Assembly: GCA_021816695.1 (NCBI GenBank)
Contig: JAKAXE010000004.1
Location: 61 to 64,060, forward strand
Source: a bacterium
GTDB lineage: Bacteria; Chloroflexota; Dormibacteria; Aeolococcales; Bog-877
Reading direction: 5' to 3'
Length of the DNA stretch: 64,000 nt
The position numbers and the translations under genes were made by a program. A model generated the notes under the pieces. The model did no database searches, was not told where the DNA came from, and saw only the letters and a program-made list of their open reading frames with translations. Positions 45,610 through 53,708 of the stretch are shown here, one piece after another (position 1 is the stretch's first letter; each line of letters begins with the position of its first letter).

Positions 45610-46643
45610 CAGTAGAGACGGTCCTTGCGCAGCACGTTCAGGAGTTCCGCCCCGTGCCGGTACCGCTCCAGGTTCTCGCTGAAGAGCTGGGCCAGAAGCT
45701 GGTTCTCACCGGCCACCGTGCTCATGGAGTGTGGCGTGACCAGGACGTTGGCAAGGTCCCACAGTGGGCTCCCCGGCGGGAGCGGCTCCTCCCGGAAGAC
45801 ATCCAGGGCGGCCCCGCGAAGCCTGCCCTCCCGAAGCGCTGCGGTGAGGGCGTCCTCGTCCACCACGGTGCCTCGGGCCAGGTTCACCAGCACCGCCGAG
45901 TGGGGCAGTAGGGAGAGCCGCGCTCCCGAGATGAGCCCCTCGGTCTCGTCGGTGTGGGGCATGGCCAGGACCAGGAAGTCGGCCTCAGGCAGGGCGCTCT
46001 CCAGCTCCGCCACCTCGAGCAGCCGGTCGACGCCGGACGAGGCCGCCGTCCTGCCGTCCAGGGAGCGCACCACCCCCGTGGTTCGCGCCCCCAGGGCCCT
46101 GGCCAGGGTCGCCACCTCCCGGCCGATGCTGCCCAGCCCGACGATGACCACCTCCTGGCCCGCCACCAGGCGGCCGCTGCGTCGCGCCCACTGGTGGAGC
46201 CGTTGGTCGGCGAGGATCTCCGGCAGGTCGCGGTTGAAGTAGATCATGGCGAAGATGGCGAACTCCGCCAGCGCCCGCCCATGGACTCCCCGGGCGGTGG
46301 TCACCACCACCTTCGCACTCTGGTCCAGCCCCACCCGGCGAACGAACTGTCCGACCCCCGCCGAGGTGGCCTGGATCCAGCGGAGATTGGGGAGATGGGC
46401 CAGCTCGGTGTGCAGGGCAGGCGGCCCAAAGTCGAACATCACCTCCGCCCGGGAGAGCAGCGTACGCCAGCGGTCGAGTTCCTCCCCCTGGGCCCCGGGC
46501 ATACGGTGGTGGCCGGGGTACTGGGGGGTGGCGATGAGGTCCTCGGGGTACTCGAAGGTGTACTCCGGATGGGACCGCCGCAGGCGCTCCACCAGCTCCG
46601 GCTCCAGGGGGGTGGTGAACACCACCAGGCGGTCCACTGGCAT
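45609..46643 (-). CDS. D-isomer-specific 2-hydroxyacid dehydrogenase
   Basis: SAGV, VGLGSIG, NLARG, LDVFREEPL, VTPH (R/E/H triad). Confidence 0.92.
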   Translation of the reverse strand: MPVDRLVVFTTPLEPELVERLRRSHPEYTFEYPEDLIATPQYPGHHRMPGAQGEELDRWRTLLSRAEVMFDFGPPALHTELAHLPNLRWIQATSAGVGQFVRRVGLDQSAKVVVTTARGVHGRALAEFAIFAMIYFNRDLPEILADQRLHQWARRSGRLVAGQEVVIVGLGSIGREVATLARALGARTTGVVRSLDGRTAASSGVDRLLEVAELESALPEADFLVLAMPHTDETEGLISGARLSLLPHSAVLVNLARGTVVDEDALTAALREGRLRGAALDVFREEPLPPGSPLWDLANVLVTPHSMSTVAGENQLLAQLFSENLERYRHGAELLNVLRKDRLY

Positions 46644-46646
46644 CGC

Positions 46647-47765
46647 TCAGCCCTCCAGGGGGAGCTGAACCCAGCCGTGGCGGCGGTGGGACAGCTCGAC
46701 GGCATTGATCACCTCCTGCACCCGGGCGGCGGCCAGGAAGTCGGCCTGCGCCGGAAGGTCGGGGTCGGCGATCTCACTGACGAAGGCGGAGATCAGGTTG
46801 GCGTAGAAGGCGGTGTCCCAGGGCTCGGTGAGACCGCCCCCGGGTGGGTACAGCCGCTCCGGAACCTCAAGGCTGCGGAACTCCACCTGGTCCCGGCGGG
46901 CGCCGTAGAGCCGCTCACACACCCCCTCCTCCTCCACCAGCCGGCAGATCAGGGCACCCTCGGTGCCGTACAGCCGCGCCTCCAAGCCGGGGTAGTTGCC
47001 CACCGTGACATAGCTGCTCTGGATGGTGCCGATGGCGCCGTTGGCGAAGCGGCAGAGGAAGGCGTCGGCGTCGTCGATCGGCAGCCGCACCGGGACCTGG
47101 GATCCCGGTACCAGGCGCTCGGGGACGAGATTGGCCAGCTGACCCACCACCTCCTCGAGCTCGGAGCCCACGAACCAGAGGGCGAGGTCGATGATCGGGG
47201 CCCCGTAACCCTCCAGGGAGCTCACCTGGATGTCGGCTCCGGCTCCCGGATCCCCCTCGCCGGCCCGGATGGGGGTCATGGGGTCGAGGAACTGGGAGTT
47301 CTGCTCGAAGCCGTTGAAGACCAGGGGCCGTCCGACGTACCCCTCGGCGATCAGCTCGCGCATGCGCATCATCGCGGGGCTGAACCGGAAGGTGAAGCCC
47401 ACCTTGGTGCGGAGCCCGCGGGAGAGCGCCAGCTCCCCCGCGTCCCGGGTGCGGGCCCACTCCCGGTGCACCGGTTTCTCGCAGAGGACGTGCCTCCGGG
47501 ACTCGAGGCCGGCCATGGCGCTCAGGAAGTGAGCCGGCCCCCAGGTGACCACGTCCACAACCTGGACCTCGGGGTCGGCTAGCAGCTCGGCCTCCGAGGA
47601 GTAGGCCCTGGAGCCGGGAGCCATGGCTGAGAGAGCACGGGCTCGATCCTGGTCCAGGTCGTACACCCCGACCACCCGAGCCCGCGGGTCCCGCAACCAG
47701 CCGGGAAGGTGGGCGCGCTGAGCCCAGCGTCCCGCCCCCACGATCGCCGCCCCCAGCTCTGCCAA
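46647..47765 (-). CDS. Gfo/Idh/MocA-family oxidoreductase (paralog of 41711-42868)
   Basis: GAGRWA, LCEKP, FNGFEQNSQFLDP, SSLEGYGAPIID; TTG 47765 after SD GGAGGGG. Confidence 0.88.
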   Translation of the reverse strand: MAELGAAIVGAGRWAQRAHLPGWLRDPRARVVGVYDLDQDRARALSAMAPGSRAYSSEAELLADPEVQVVDVVTWGPAHFLSAMAGLESRRHVLCEKPVHREWARTRDAGELALSRGLRTKVGFTFRFSPAMMRMRELIAEGYVGRPLVFNGFEQNSQFLDPMTPIRAGEGDPGAGADIQVSSLEGYGAPIIDLALWFVGSELEEVVGQLANLVPERLVPGSQVPVRLPIDDADAFLCRFANGAIGTIQSSYVTVGNYPGLEARLYGTEGALICRLVEEEGVCERLYGARRDQVEFRSLEVPERLYPPGGGLTEPWDTAFYANLISAFVSEIADPDLPAQADFLAAARVQEVINAVELSHRRHGWVQLPLEG

Positions 47766-47814
47766 CTGCTCCCCTCCAACACCGGGCCGGACCCGTCTGA
47801 GCGTGATTGGAGAA

Positions 47815-47829
47815 AGTATATTGTCGACC
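47815..47829 (-). promoter_or_regulatory. Degenerate GntR box (ATATTGTCGACC) adjoining a TATACT -10 hexamer at the head of the oxidoreductase operon
   Basis: ATTGTCGAC at 47820-47828 matches 9 of 12 nt of the perfect boxes; no clear -35. Confidence 0.6.
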
Positions 47830-47873
47830 GAGCCCACGCGCCCACGCGGGTCAGCCGAGATGACGACACCGGG

Positions 47874-48881
47874 TCACCCCGAAGGGGACGGGGTGGTGGA
47901 GTACCGGAGCGGGGCGCAAGCCGCCGTGGACGCCGCGCAGGTCACGAAGTCCGTGACCGGGGGTTGGTTGGACACAGAGAAGACCAGGACCGGGACGAGG
48001 AAGCCGGCGCTGGCCACCATCCCCAGGCTCGCCCCCGAGATCAGCACCACGGTGCTCGTGGCGTTGGGGCTGGGAGAGGGAAAGGGCTGCCCGGAGGAGT
48101 CCAGAAGGTAGGAGCCCGGTGCCAGGAGGCCCTGGTTCAGATCCTGGATCATGAGATCGGGAGTCGTGGCAGGGTAGGCGGCCAGCGGGCCGGTGATCGG
48201 CGGGGGTACGGTGCCCGAGAGGCCCACCAGGGACAGCTGCTCCCGGTAGTTGGCGGCCACGTCGGCGTACACCTCCTGGGGCTGACCGCTGATGTCTACC
48301 AGCGGGTACCCGCTCACCGCCCACTCGAAGAAGACCCGGCGGTCGGCGGCGTTGACGACGCTCAGGGAGGGCAGGGGGAGCAGGCTCTCATGGGGGTAGG
48401 GGAGGTGGCGGGTGGCGAGGAATTGGGAGACGAAGGCGTCGGCGGCCGCCACCGAGGGGGTCGCCCCCGTCTCGTCCACCGGGGTGTTGGGGTGGAAGTT
48501 GAAGAGCTGGTACCCCGTCGGCGAGGTGAGCTGGTATCCGGAGGTGGCGCCAAGGTTGTAGGAGAGGCCGGCGCCGGTGTTGACGGCCGGCCCGGGGACC
48601 TCCAGGGCGGTCACCAGGTCCTGGAGGGCGGTCAGGGGATCCTGCGCCGTCTGGGCGGCGGGAACATGGCGGGGCATCTGCGGCAGCCGGCCCTGGACCA
48701 GGAACGGGGGCTGAAGGTCAAGAGGGGCGGCGACCTCTCCCCCCAGAGGCAGCACCCCCAGGGGAAGTGGCGGGGTGGGAGTGGGGCTCACCTCGGGATG
48801 GGGATGGTGATGCGGCGCGACGGAGCCACAGCCGGCCAGCAGCAGCAACGCCAGCGCCGCGGCCGGGATGAGCGTTCTCAC
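47874..48881 (-). CDS. Hypothetical lipoprotein
   Basis: Hydrophobic signal with lipobox LLLLAGC, His/Pro-rich linker; no family recognised. Confidence 0.65.
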   Translation of the reverse strand: MRTLIPAAALALLLLAGCGSVAPHHHPHPEVSPTPTPPLPLGVLPLGGEVAAPLDLQPPFLVQGRLPQMPRHVPAAQTAQDPLTALQDLVTALEVPGPAVNTGAGLSYNLGATSGYQLTSPTGYQLFNFHPNTPVDETGATPSVAAADAFVSQFLATRHLPYPHESLLPLPSLSVVNAADRRVFFEWAVSGYPLVDISGQPQEVYADVAANYREQLSLVGLSGTVPPPITGPLAAYPATTPDLMIQDLNQGLLAPGSYLLDSSGQPFPSPSPNATSTVVLISGASLGMVASAGFLVPVLVFSVSNQPPVTDFVTCAASTAACAPLRYSTTPSPSG

Positions 48882-48900
48882 GCCCTCACAATGCCAGACC

Positions 48901-50199
48901 ATGGACTACCGTGAGTCGCTGGCGGCGCTGGCCGCATCCAGCCGGCCGGGCATGCGCCTCGGCCTGGACTCCACCAGGGCCCTCTGCCGGGAATTGGGTG
49001 ACCCTCAGGACCAGCTCACAGGAGTCCTGGTGGCGGGCACCAACGGTAAGGGCTCGGTCTGCGCCCTGGTCGCGGCCATGGCCAGGGCTGCCGGGCTGCG
49101 CGTGGCACTCCTCACCAAGCCCCATCTCACCAGCTACCGGGAGCGGGTCCAGCTGGGGGAGCGCCCGGTCGCGGAGGAGGAGTTCGCCCGCCTGGCAGCC
49201 CAAGCCCTGGAGGCCGCCCGCCGAGGGGGGGTGGACGCCACCCACCACGAACTCCTGACGGCGATGGGGTTTCTCGCCGCAAGGGAGTGGGGTGCCGAGG
49301 TCACCGTGTGTGAGGTGGGGCTGGGAGGGCGGCTGGACGCCACCAACGTCTGGGACGGCGGGGTGGCGGTCGTGGTCTCGGTGGGGCTGGATCACCAGGC
49401 CCAGCTGGGCGACACCGTGGCCCAGATCGCCGGCGAGAAGGCGGCGATCTTCAAGCCGGGTGACCTGGCCATCTCCGGGGCCCTGGGGGAGGCCCGGCCG
49501 GTGGTGCGGGCGGCCGCCGCAGGGGTGGGCGCGGAGCTCTGGCAGCTCGGAGAGGGGATCGAATACGCCTGGGAGGCGGCGGGACTGCGGGTCCGGACCC
49601 CGGCCCGGGAGCTGGGCGAACTGGAACTGGGGGTGACCGGCCAGGTGCAGGGGGCCAACGCCGCCGTGGCCGTGGCCGCCACGGACGGCCTGGGCCGGCT
49701 GCTGGGAGCGGAGATCGGTGAGGGAGCGGTCCGGCAGGGATTGCTGGGGGTCCGCTGGCCGGGACGGCTGGAGGAGGTGGCCACCTCCCCCACCGTGCTG
49801 GTGGACGCGGCTCACAACCCGGCCGCCGTCGAGGCGGTCCTGGGGGAGCTGCGGGCAGCCACCGGGGGCCGGCGGGCGGTGCTGCTGTTCGGGTCCATGG
49901 GCGACCACGACCACTCAGGGATGCTGGCCCGGCTCTCGTCCCTGCCCCTCTGGGCGGCGGTCTTCACCAGGGCCGACGCCATCCGGGCGGTGGAGCCCGA
50001 GGTCCTGGCCCGCGAGTGGCCCGGGAGATCGGAGCGCCTGGTGCCGGTGGCGGCGGCGCTCTCCCGGGCACGGGAGCTGGCCGGTCCCGAGGGGGCGGTG
50101 ATCGCCCTCGGTTCGATCTACCTGGTCGGAGAGGTCATGGCCGAACTGGGAATCGGCCTCCCGCCCGATCCCAAGGTGGCCTGGCGGCCCGCCTACTGA
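48901..50199 (+). CDS. folC: Folylpolyglutamate synthase/dihydrofolate synthase
   Basis: VAGTNGKGS, TKPHLTSYRER, EVGLGGRLDATN, WPGRLE, DAAHNP, GSIYLVGE. Confidence 0.95.
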   Translation: MDYRESLAALAASSRPGMRLGLDSTRALCRELGDPQDQLTGVLVAGTNGKGSVCALVAAMARAAGLRVALLTKPHLTSYRERVQLGERPVAEEEFARLAAQALEAARRGGVDATHHELLTAMGFLAAREWGAEVTVCEVGLGGRLDATNVWDGGVAVVVSVGLDHQAQLGDTVAQIAGEKAAIFKPGDLAISGALGEARPVVRAAAAGVGAELWQLGEGIEYAWEAAGLRVRTPARELGELELGVTGQVQGANAAVAVAATDGLGRLLGAEIGEGAVRQGLLGVRWPGRLEEVATSPTVLVDAAHNPAAVEAVLGELRAATGGRRAVLLFGSMGDHDHSGMLARLSSLPLWAAVFTRADAIRAVEPEVLAREWPGRSERLVPVAAALSRARELAGPEGAVIALGSIYLVGEVMAELGIGLPPDPKVAWRPAY

Positions 50200-50223
50200 A
50201 CTGCGGCTGAGGGCGCCGCCGGG

Positions 50224-50871
50224 TCAGACGGGGAGCGGGGCGGCCTCCGCCAGCGCCCGCCGGCAGAGCTGGGTGATCTCCTCCCACCTCTCCTCCCGCA
50301 GGAGGCCGGGCCGGAAGAGGTCGTTGGTCAACCCCACCACCCGGACCCCGGCGGCGAGGTACTCGGTGACGTCCCCGATCCCCACCATCCCGCTGACCCA
50401 GAGGGGCACCTCGGGCATCGGCCCCCGGACGGCGCGGATGTACTCGGGCCCGCCCAGGGGGTTGGCCGGGAACACCTTGACCAGACCCGCCCCCAGCTCC
50501 ATCGCCCGGGCGATCTCGGTGGGGGTGCTGGCCCCCATCACCAGCAGGACCCCGGCCTGCCGGGCCACCTCGGCCACCTCGGGGACCAGGTACGGGGTGA
50601 CCAGGTATTCGGCTCCAGCCCCGAGCGCGGCCTCGGCCAGCTCAGCGCTGGTGATCGTCCCGCCACCGAAGTGGCAGCTCGAGCCGAACTCCTTCCGCAG
50701 GCGGGCGATGGTCTTGAACGCCCCCGGGGTGCCCGAGGTGACCTCAACCGACCCGACCCCCGCCCGAGCCGCCGCCTCCGCCCCGCGATACGCCTGCTCC
50801 CCGTCGGACCAGCGCATGACCGCTGCCAGGCGGGTCGGGAAGTAGGTGGCGATCTGGTCGGGCTGGGTCAT
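50224..50871 (-). CDS. eda: KDPG/KHG aldolase family protein
   Basis: VEVT (catalytic Glu), GGGTI, TPTEI, VKVFPA (Schiff-base Lys), GGPEYIRAVRGPMP; SD AAGGAG. Confidence 0.85.
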   Translation of the reverse strand: MTQPDQIATYFPTRLAAVMRWSDGEQAYRGAEAAARAGVGSVEVTSGTPGAFKTIARLRKEFGSSCHFGGGTITSAELAEAALGAGAEYLVTPYLVPEVAEVARQAGVLLVMGASTPTEIARAMELGAGLVKVFPANPLGGPEYIRAVRGPMPEVPLWVSGMVGIGDVTEYLAAGVRVVGLTNDLFRPGLLREERWEEITQLCRRALAEAAPLPV

Positions 50872-51128
50872 CAGGTGGCTCTCCTTCATCTGCGGGGGGC
50901 TGCGCCGGCTCAGAGGCCGACCGGCCATGGCGGTGCTTCGCCGGAGCTGGCGGAGCCGGACGTGAACTGGATCCCGGAGCCCAGTATGGCGCGGGGCGCT
51001 GGATCACTTCAAGGGAAGCTGGCCGTGGGCGCGGCTCCTGAACGGATCCGACGGCTCGCCCGCCACCGCCGGAGTCGCCCGTCCCCTTCGAACCGGTGGG
51101 TCCCACCCCACCGGGAGCCGCGGCATGA

Positions 51129-51158
51129 TTGACACGTGCCGATATAGGCATGTAATCT
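51129..51158 (+). promoter_or_regulatory. Promoter TTGACA-N18-TAATCT with imperfect palindrome ACGTGCCGATATAGGCATGT (51134-51153), probable ArsR operator
   Basis: Read directly; 16 of 20 positions self-complementary; ATG 6 nt after the -10. Confidence 0.7.
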
Positions 51159-51164
51159 CCAGCC

Positions 51165-51554
51165 ATGGCCCGAGCTTCGACCACCAGCGACGCCTTCAAC
51201 GCCGTGGCCGAGCCGCGCCGACGACAGATCCTCGATGCCCTGGCGGGCGGTGAGCACTCGGTCGGCGAGCTGGCCCAGCGCCTGCGGGTCGCCCAGCCGG
51301 TCGTGTCCAAGCACCTCAGGGTGCTTCGCGACGTGAACCTGGTGGCCCGCCGGGACCAGGGGCGCCGGCGCCTCTATCGGCTGAACGGGGCGGCGCTCCG
51401 GCCGATTCACGAATGGCTGCGCCGGTATGAGGAGAGCTGGTCTGGGGCGTTCGACCGCATGGAGATGGTGCTGCAGACGCTGGAAGCACAGGAGGAACTG
51501 CAACATGGCCAAGGAGCAGAGACGCAGGGCTCTGGTCACGCTGCCCAGAGATGA
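51165..51554 (+). CDS. ArsR/SmtB-family transcriptional regulator
   Basis: DAFNAVAEPRRRQIL, QPVVSKHLRVLRDVNLV, GRRRLYRL. Confidence 0.92.
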   Translation: MARASTTSDAFNAVAEPRRRQILDALAGGEHSVGELAQRLRVAQPVVSKHLRVLRDVNLVARRDQGRRRLYRLNGAALRPIHEWLRRYEESWSGAFDRMEMVLQTLEAQEELQHGQGAETQGSGHAAQR

Positions 51555-52002
51555 TCAGATCCTGATCACCCGGGAGTTCACGGCGCCGCGCGCCCTGGTC
51601 TACCGCGCCTACACCACCCCGGAGCTGGTGGCGCAGTGGTGGCACGCCGACCGCGGGACCATCGACAGCATCGAGATCGACCTCCGGGTGGGTGGCAGGT
51701 GGCGCTACGCCATGACCGCCAACGGCGGCTTCCCCGTAGTCTTCCATGGCGAGTACCTGGAGATCGTGCCGGCGGAGAGGATCGTGTCGACCGAGGTCTT
51801 CGAGGGGATGCCCGAGGCGGCGGCAACCAGCACCGTGACCTTCAGCGACACGGCCCAGGGCACCACCCTGGCGATCCTGGTGCAGCACAAGAACCGGGCC
51901 AATCGCGACGTCCACCTGCACTCGGGAATGGAGGACGGGCTCCAGGAAGCCATGGACCACCTGGAGGAGGTGGCGTCGGCCCAGGGGAGCAGGGATGGTT
52001 AG
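51505..52002 (+). CDS. SRPBCC/AHSA1 (START-like) ligand-binding protein
   Basis: ITREFTAPRALVYRAYTTPELVAQWW, DLRVGGRWRY, GEYLEIVP. Confidence 0.9.
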   Translation: MAKEQRRRALVTLPRDDQILITREFTAPRALVYRAYTTPELVAQWWHADRGTIDSIEIDLRVGGRWRYAMTANGGFPVVFHGEYLEIVPAERIVSTEVFEGMPEAAATSTVTFSDTAQGTTLAILVQHKNRANRDVHLHSGMEDGLQEAMDHLEEVASAQGSRDG

Positions 52003-52128
52003 CAGCCGACCGAGCTACCGCACCTCCCCCCGGGATCATTCCCCGGCCTTCCCGGGACCCGGCACGGCTGGGCAGGGGGCGGGGACGCGAGCCCCGGTGC
52101 CCGCGCCCCCCCGCCGGGCCGGAGGCGC

Positions 52129-53688
52129 TCAGAGGCGCTCGGCGATGCTCTGCCCCTGCATGAAGAAGAGCAGGTAGTCTGGCCCCCCGGCCTTGGTGTC
52201 GGTGCCGCTCATGTTGAACCCGCCGAAGGGGTGGACGCCCATCAGGGCGCCGGTAGACTTGCGGTTTACGTACAGGTTGCCGACGTGGATGCGCTCCTTG
52301 GCGAAGGCGATCCGCTCCGGGTCGCGGCTGAAGTAGGAGCCGGTGAGCCCGTACTCCGTGGAGTTGGCGATGCGGATGCCGTCCTCGAAGTCCCGGGCGG
52401 GCATGACCGCCAGAACCGGGCCGAAGATCTCCTCCTGGGCGATGCGGGCCTCGGCCCGGACCCCGGAGAAGACCGTGGGCTCGATGTAGTAGCCCTCACC
52501 CGGGGGCTTCCGCCCCCCCAGCACCAGCTCCCCCTCGTGCTTGCCTACCTCGATGTAGTCGAGGATCTTCTCCTCGGCGGCCGAGTCCACCACCGGGCCC
52601 ATGGTCACCTTGGGATCCACCGGGTCCCCGAGCCGGATCTCCCGGACCCGGTCCAACACCTTGGTTAGCAGCTGGTCATACACCTCCTGCACCACCACGG
52701 CCCGGGAACCCGCCGAGCACTTCTGGCCCTGGAAACCGAAGGCGGAGATGGCGATGTCGCGGGCGGCGCGGTCCAGGTCGGCGGTCTCGTCCACCACCAC
52801 CGCGTTCTTGCCACCCATCTCCAGCTGTACCCGCTTCAGCCAGCGCTGCCCGGGGTGCACCCGAGCGGCCCGCTCGTTGATCCGCACCCCCACCTCACGC
52901 GAACCGGTGAAGGCCACGAAGCGTGTCTGGGGGTGGTCCACCAGCGGGTCCCCAACCAGCGATCCCCTCCCGGTGAGCAGGTTGATGACCCCCGGAGGCA
53001 GGCCGGCATCCTCCCAGATCCGCACCAAAAAGGCGGCCGTGGTGCAGGCGGTGTTGGCGGGCTTGAGAACGACGCAGTTGCCCGCCACCAGGGCCGCGGT
53101 GGTCATCCCGGTGGTAAGCGCCACCGGGAAGTTCCAGGGGGAGATCACCGCCCCCACCCCGAGCGGGATGTAGCGGAACTGGGTGATCTCCCCGGCGATG
53201 GGGGCGGTCCGGTCGCCGGCGGCGAACTGCAGCGCCTGCCGGGCATACCACTCCATGAGGTCGACCGCCTCCGCCGCCTCGCCGTCCGCCTCATCCCAGG
53301 GCTTGCCCACCTCGTACACCATCACCGCGGCCAGCTCGTGGCGGCGGCGGCGGACCAGCTCGGCCGCCCTCACCAGCACCGCGGCCCGCTCCTCCACCGG
53401 TGTCCTGGACCACTCCGGGAACGCTTGCCAACCGGCCGCCAGCGCCTCCTCGACATGCTCGAGCTGTGCCGCCGCATGCCGCCCAACCACCTGGTCGGGG
53501 TGGGCCGGGTTGACGGAGACGATCTGCTCAGTGGAGCCCACCCGGCGCCCCCCGATGATCAGCGGGTAGTCCTCTCCCAGCCGACCCTCCATCTGCCGGA
53601 GGGCGGCCCGCATGGCCTCCTGGTTGGCCGGGATGGAGAAGTCCAGGGCGGGCTCGGTGGAGAAGGGGGGAAGGTTCATGGGCGTCAC
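52129..53688 (-). CDS. pruA: L-glutamate gamma-semialdehyde (P5C) dehydrogenase
   Basis: ISPWNFP, FTGSREVG, LEMGGKN, FGFQGQKCSAGSR, EEIFGP, TDTKAGGPDYL. Confidence 0.96.
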   Translation of the reverse strand: MTPMNLPPFSTEPALDFSIPANQEAMRAALRQMEGRLGEDYPLIIGGRRVGSTEQIVSVNPAHPDQVVGRHAAAQLEHVEEALAAGWQAFPEWSRTPVEERAAVLVRAAELVRRRRHELAAVMVYEVGKPWDEADGEAAEAVDLMEWYARQALQFAAGDRTAPIAGEITQFRYIPLGVGAVISPWNFPVALTTGMTTAALVAGNCVVLKPANTACTTAAFLVRIWEDAGLPPGVINLLTGRGSLVGDPLVDHPQTRFVAFTGSREVGVRINERAARVHPGQRWLKRVQLEMGGKNAVVVDETADLDRAARDIAISAFGFQGQKCSAGSRAVVVQEVYDQLLTKVLDRVREIRLGDPVDPKVTMGPVVDSAAEEKILDYIEVGKHEGELVLGGRKPPGEGYYIEPTVFSGVRAEARIAQEEIFGPVLAVMPARDFEDGIRIANSTEYGLTGSYFSRDPERIAFAKERIHVGNLYVNRKSTGALMGVHPFGGFNMSGTDTKAGGPDYLLFFMQGQSIAERL

Positions 53689-53708
53689 TCCTGAAGGCGG
53701 GCCACAGC

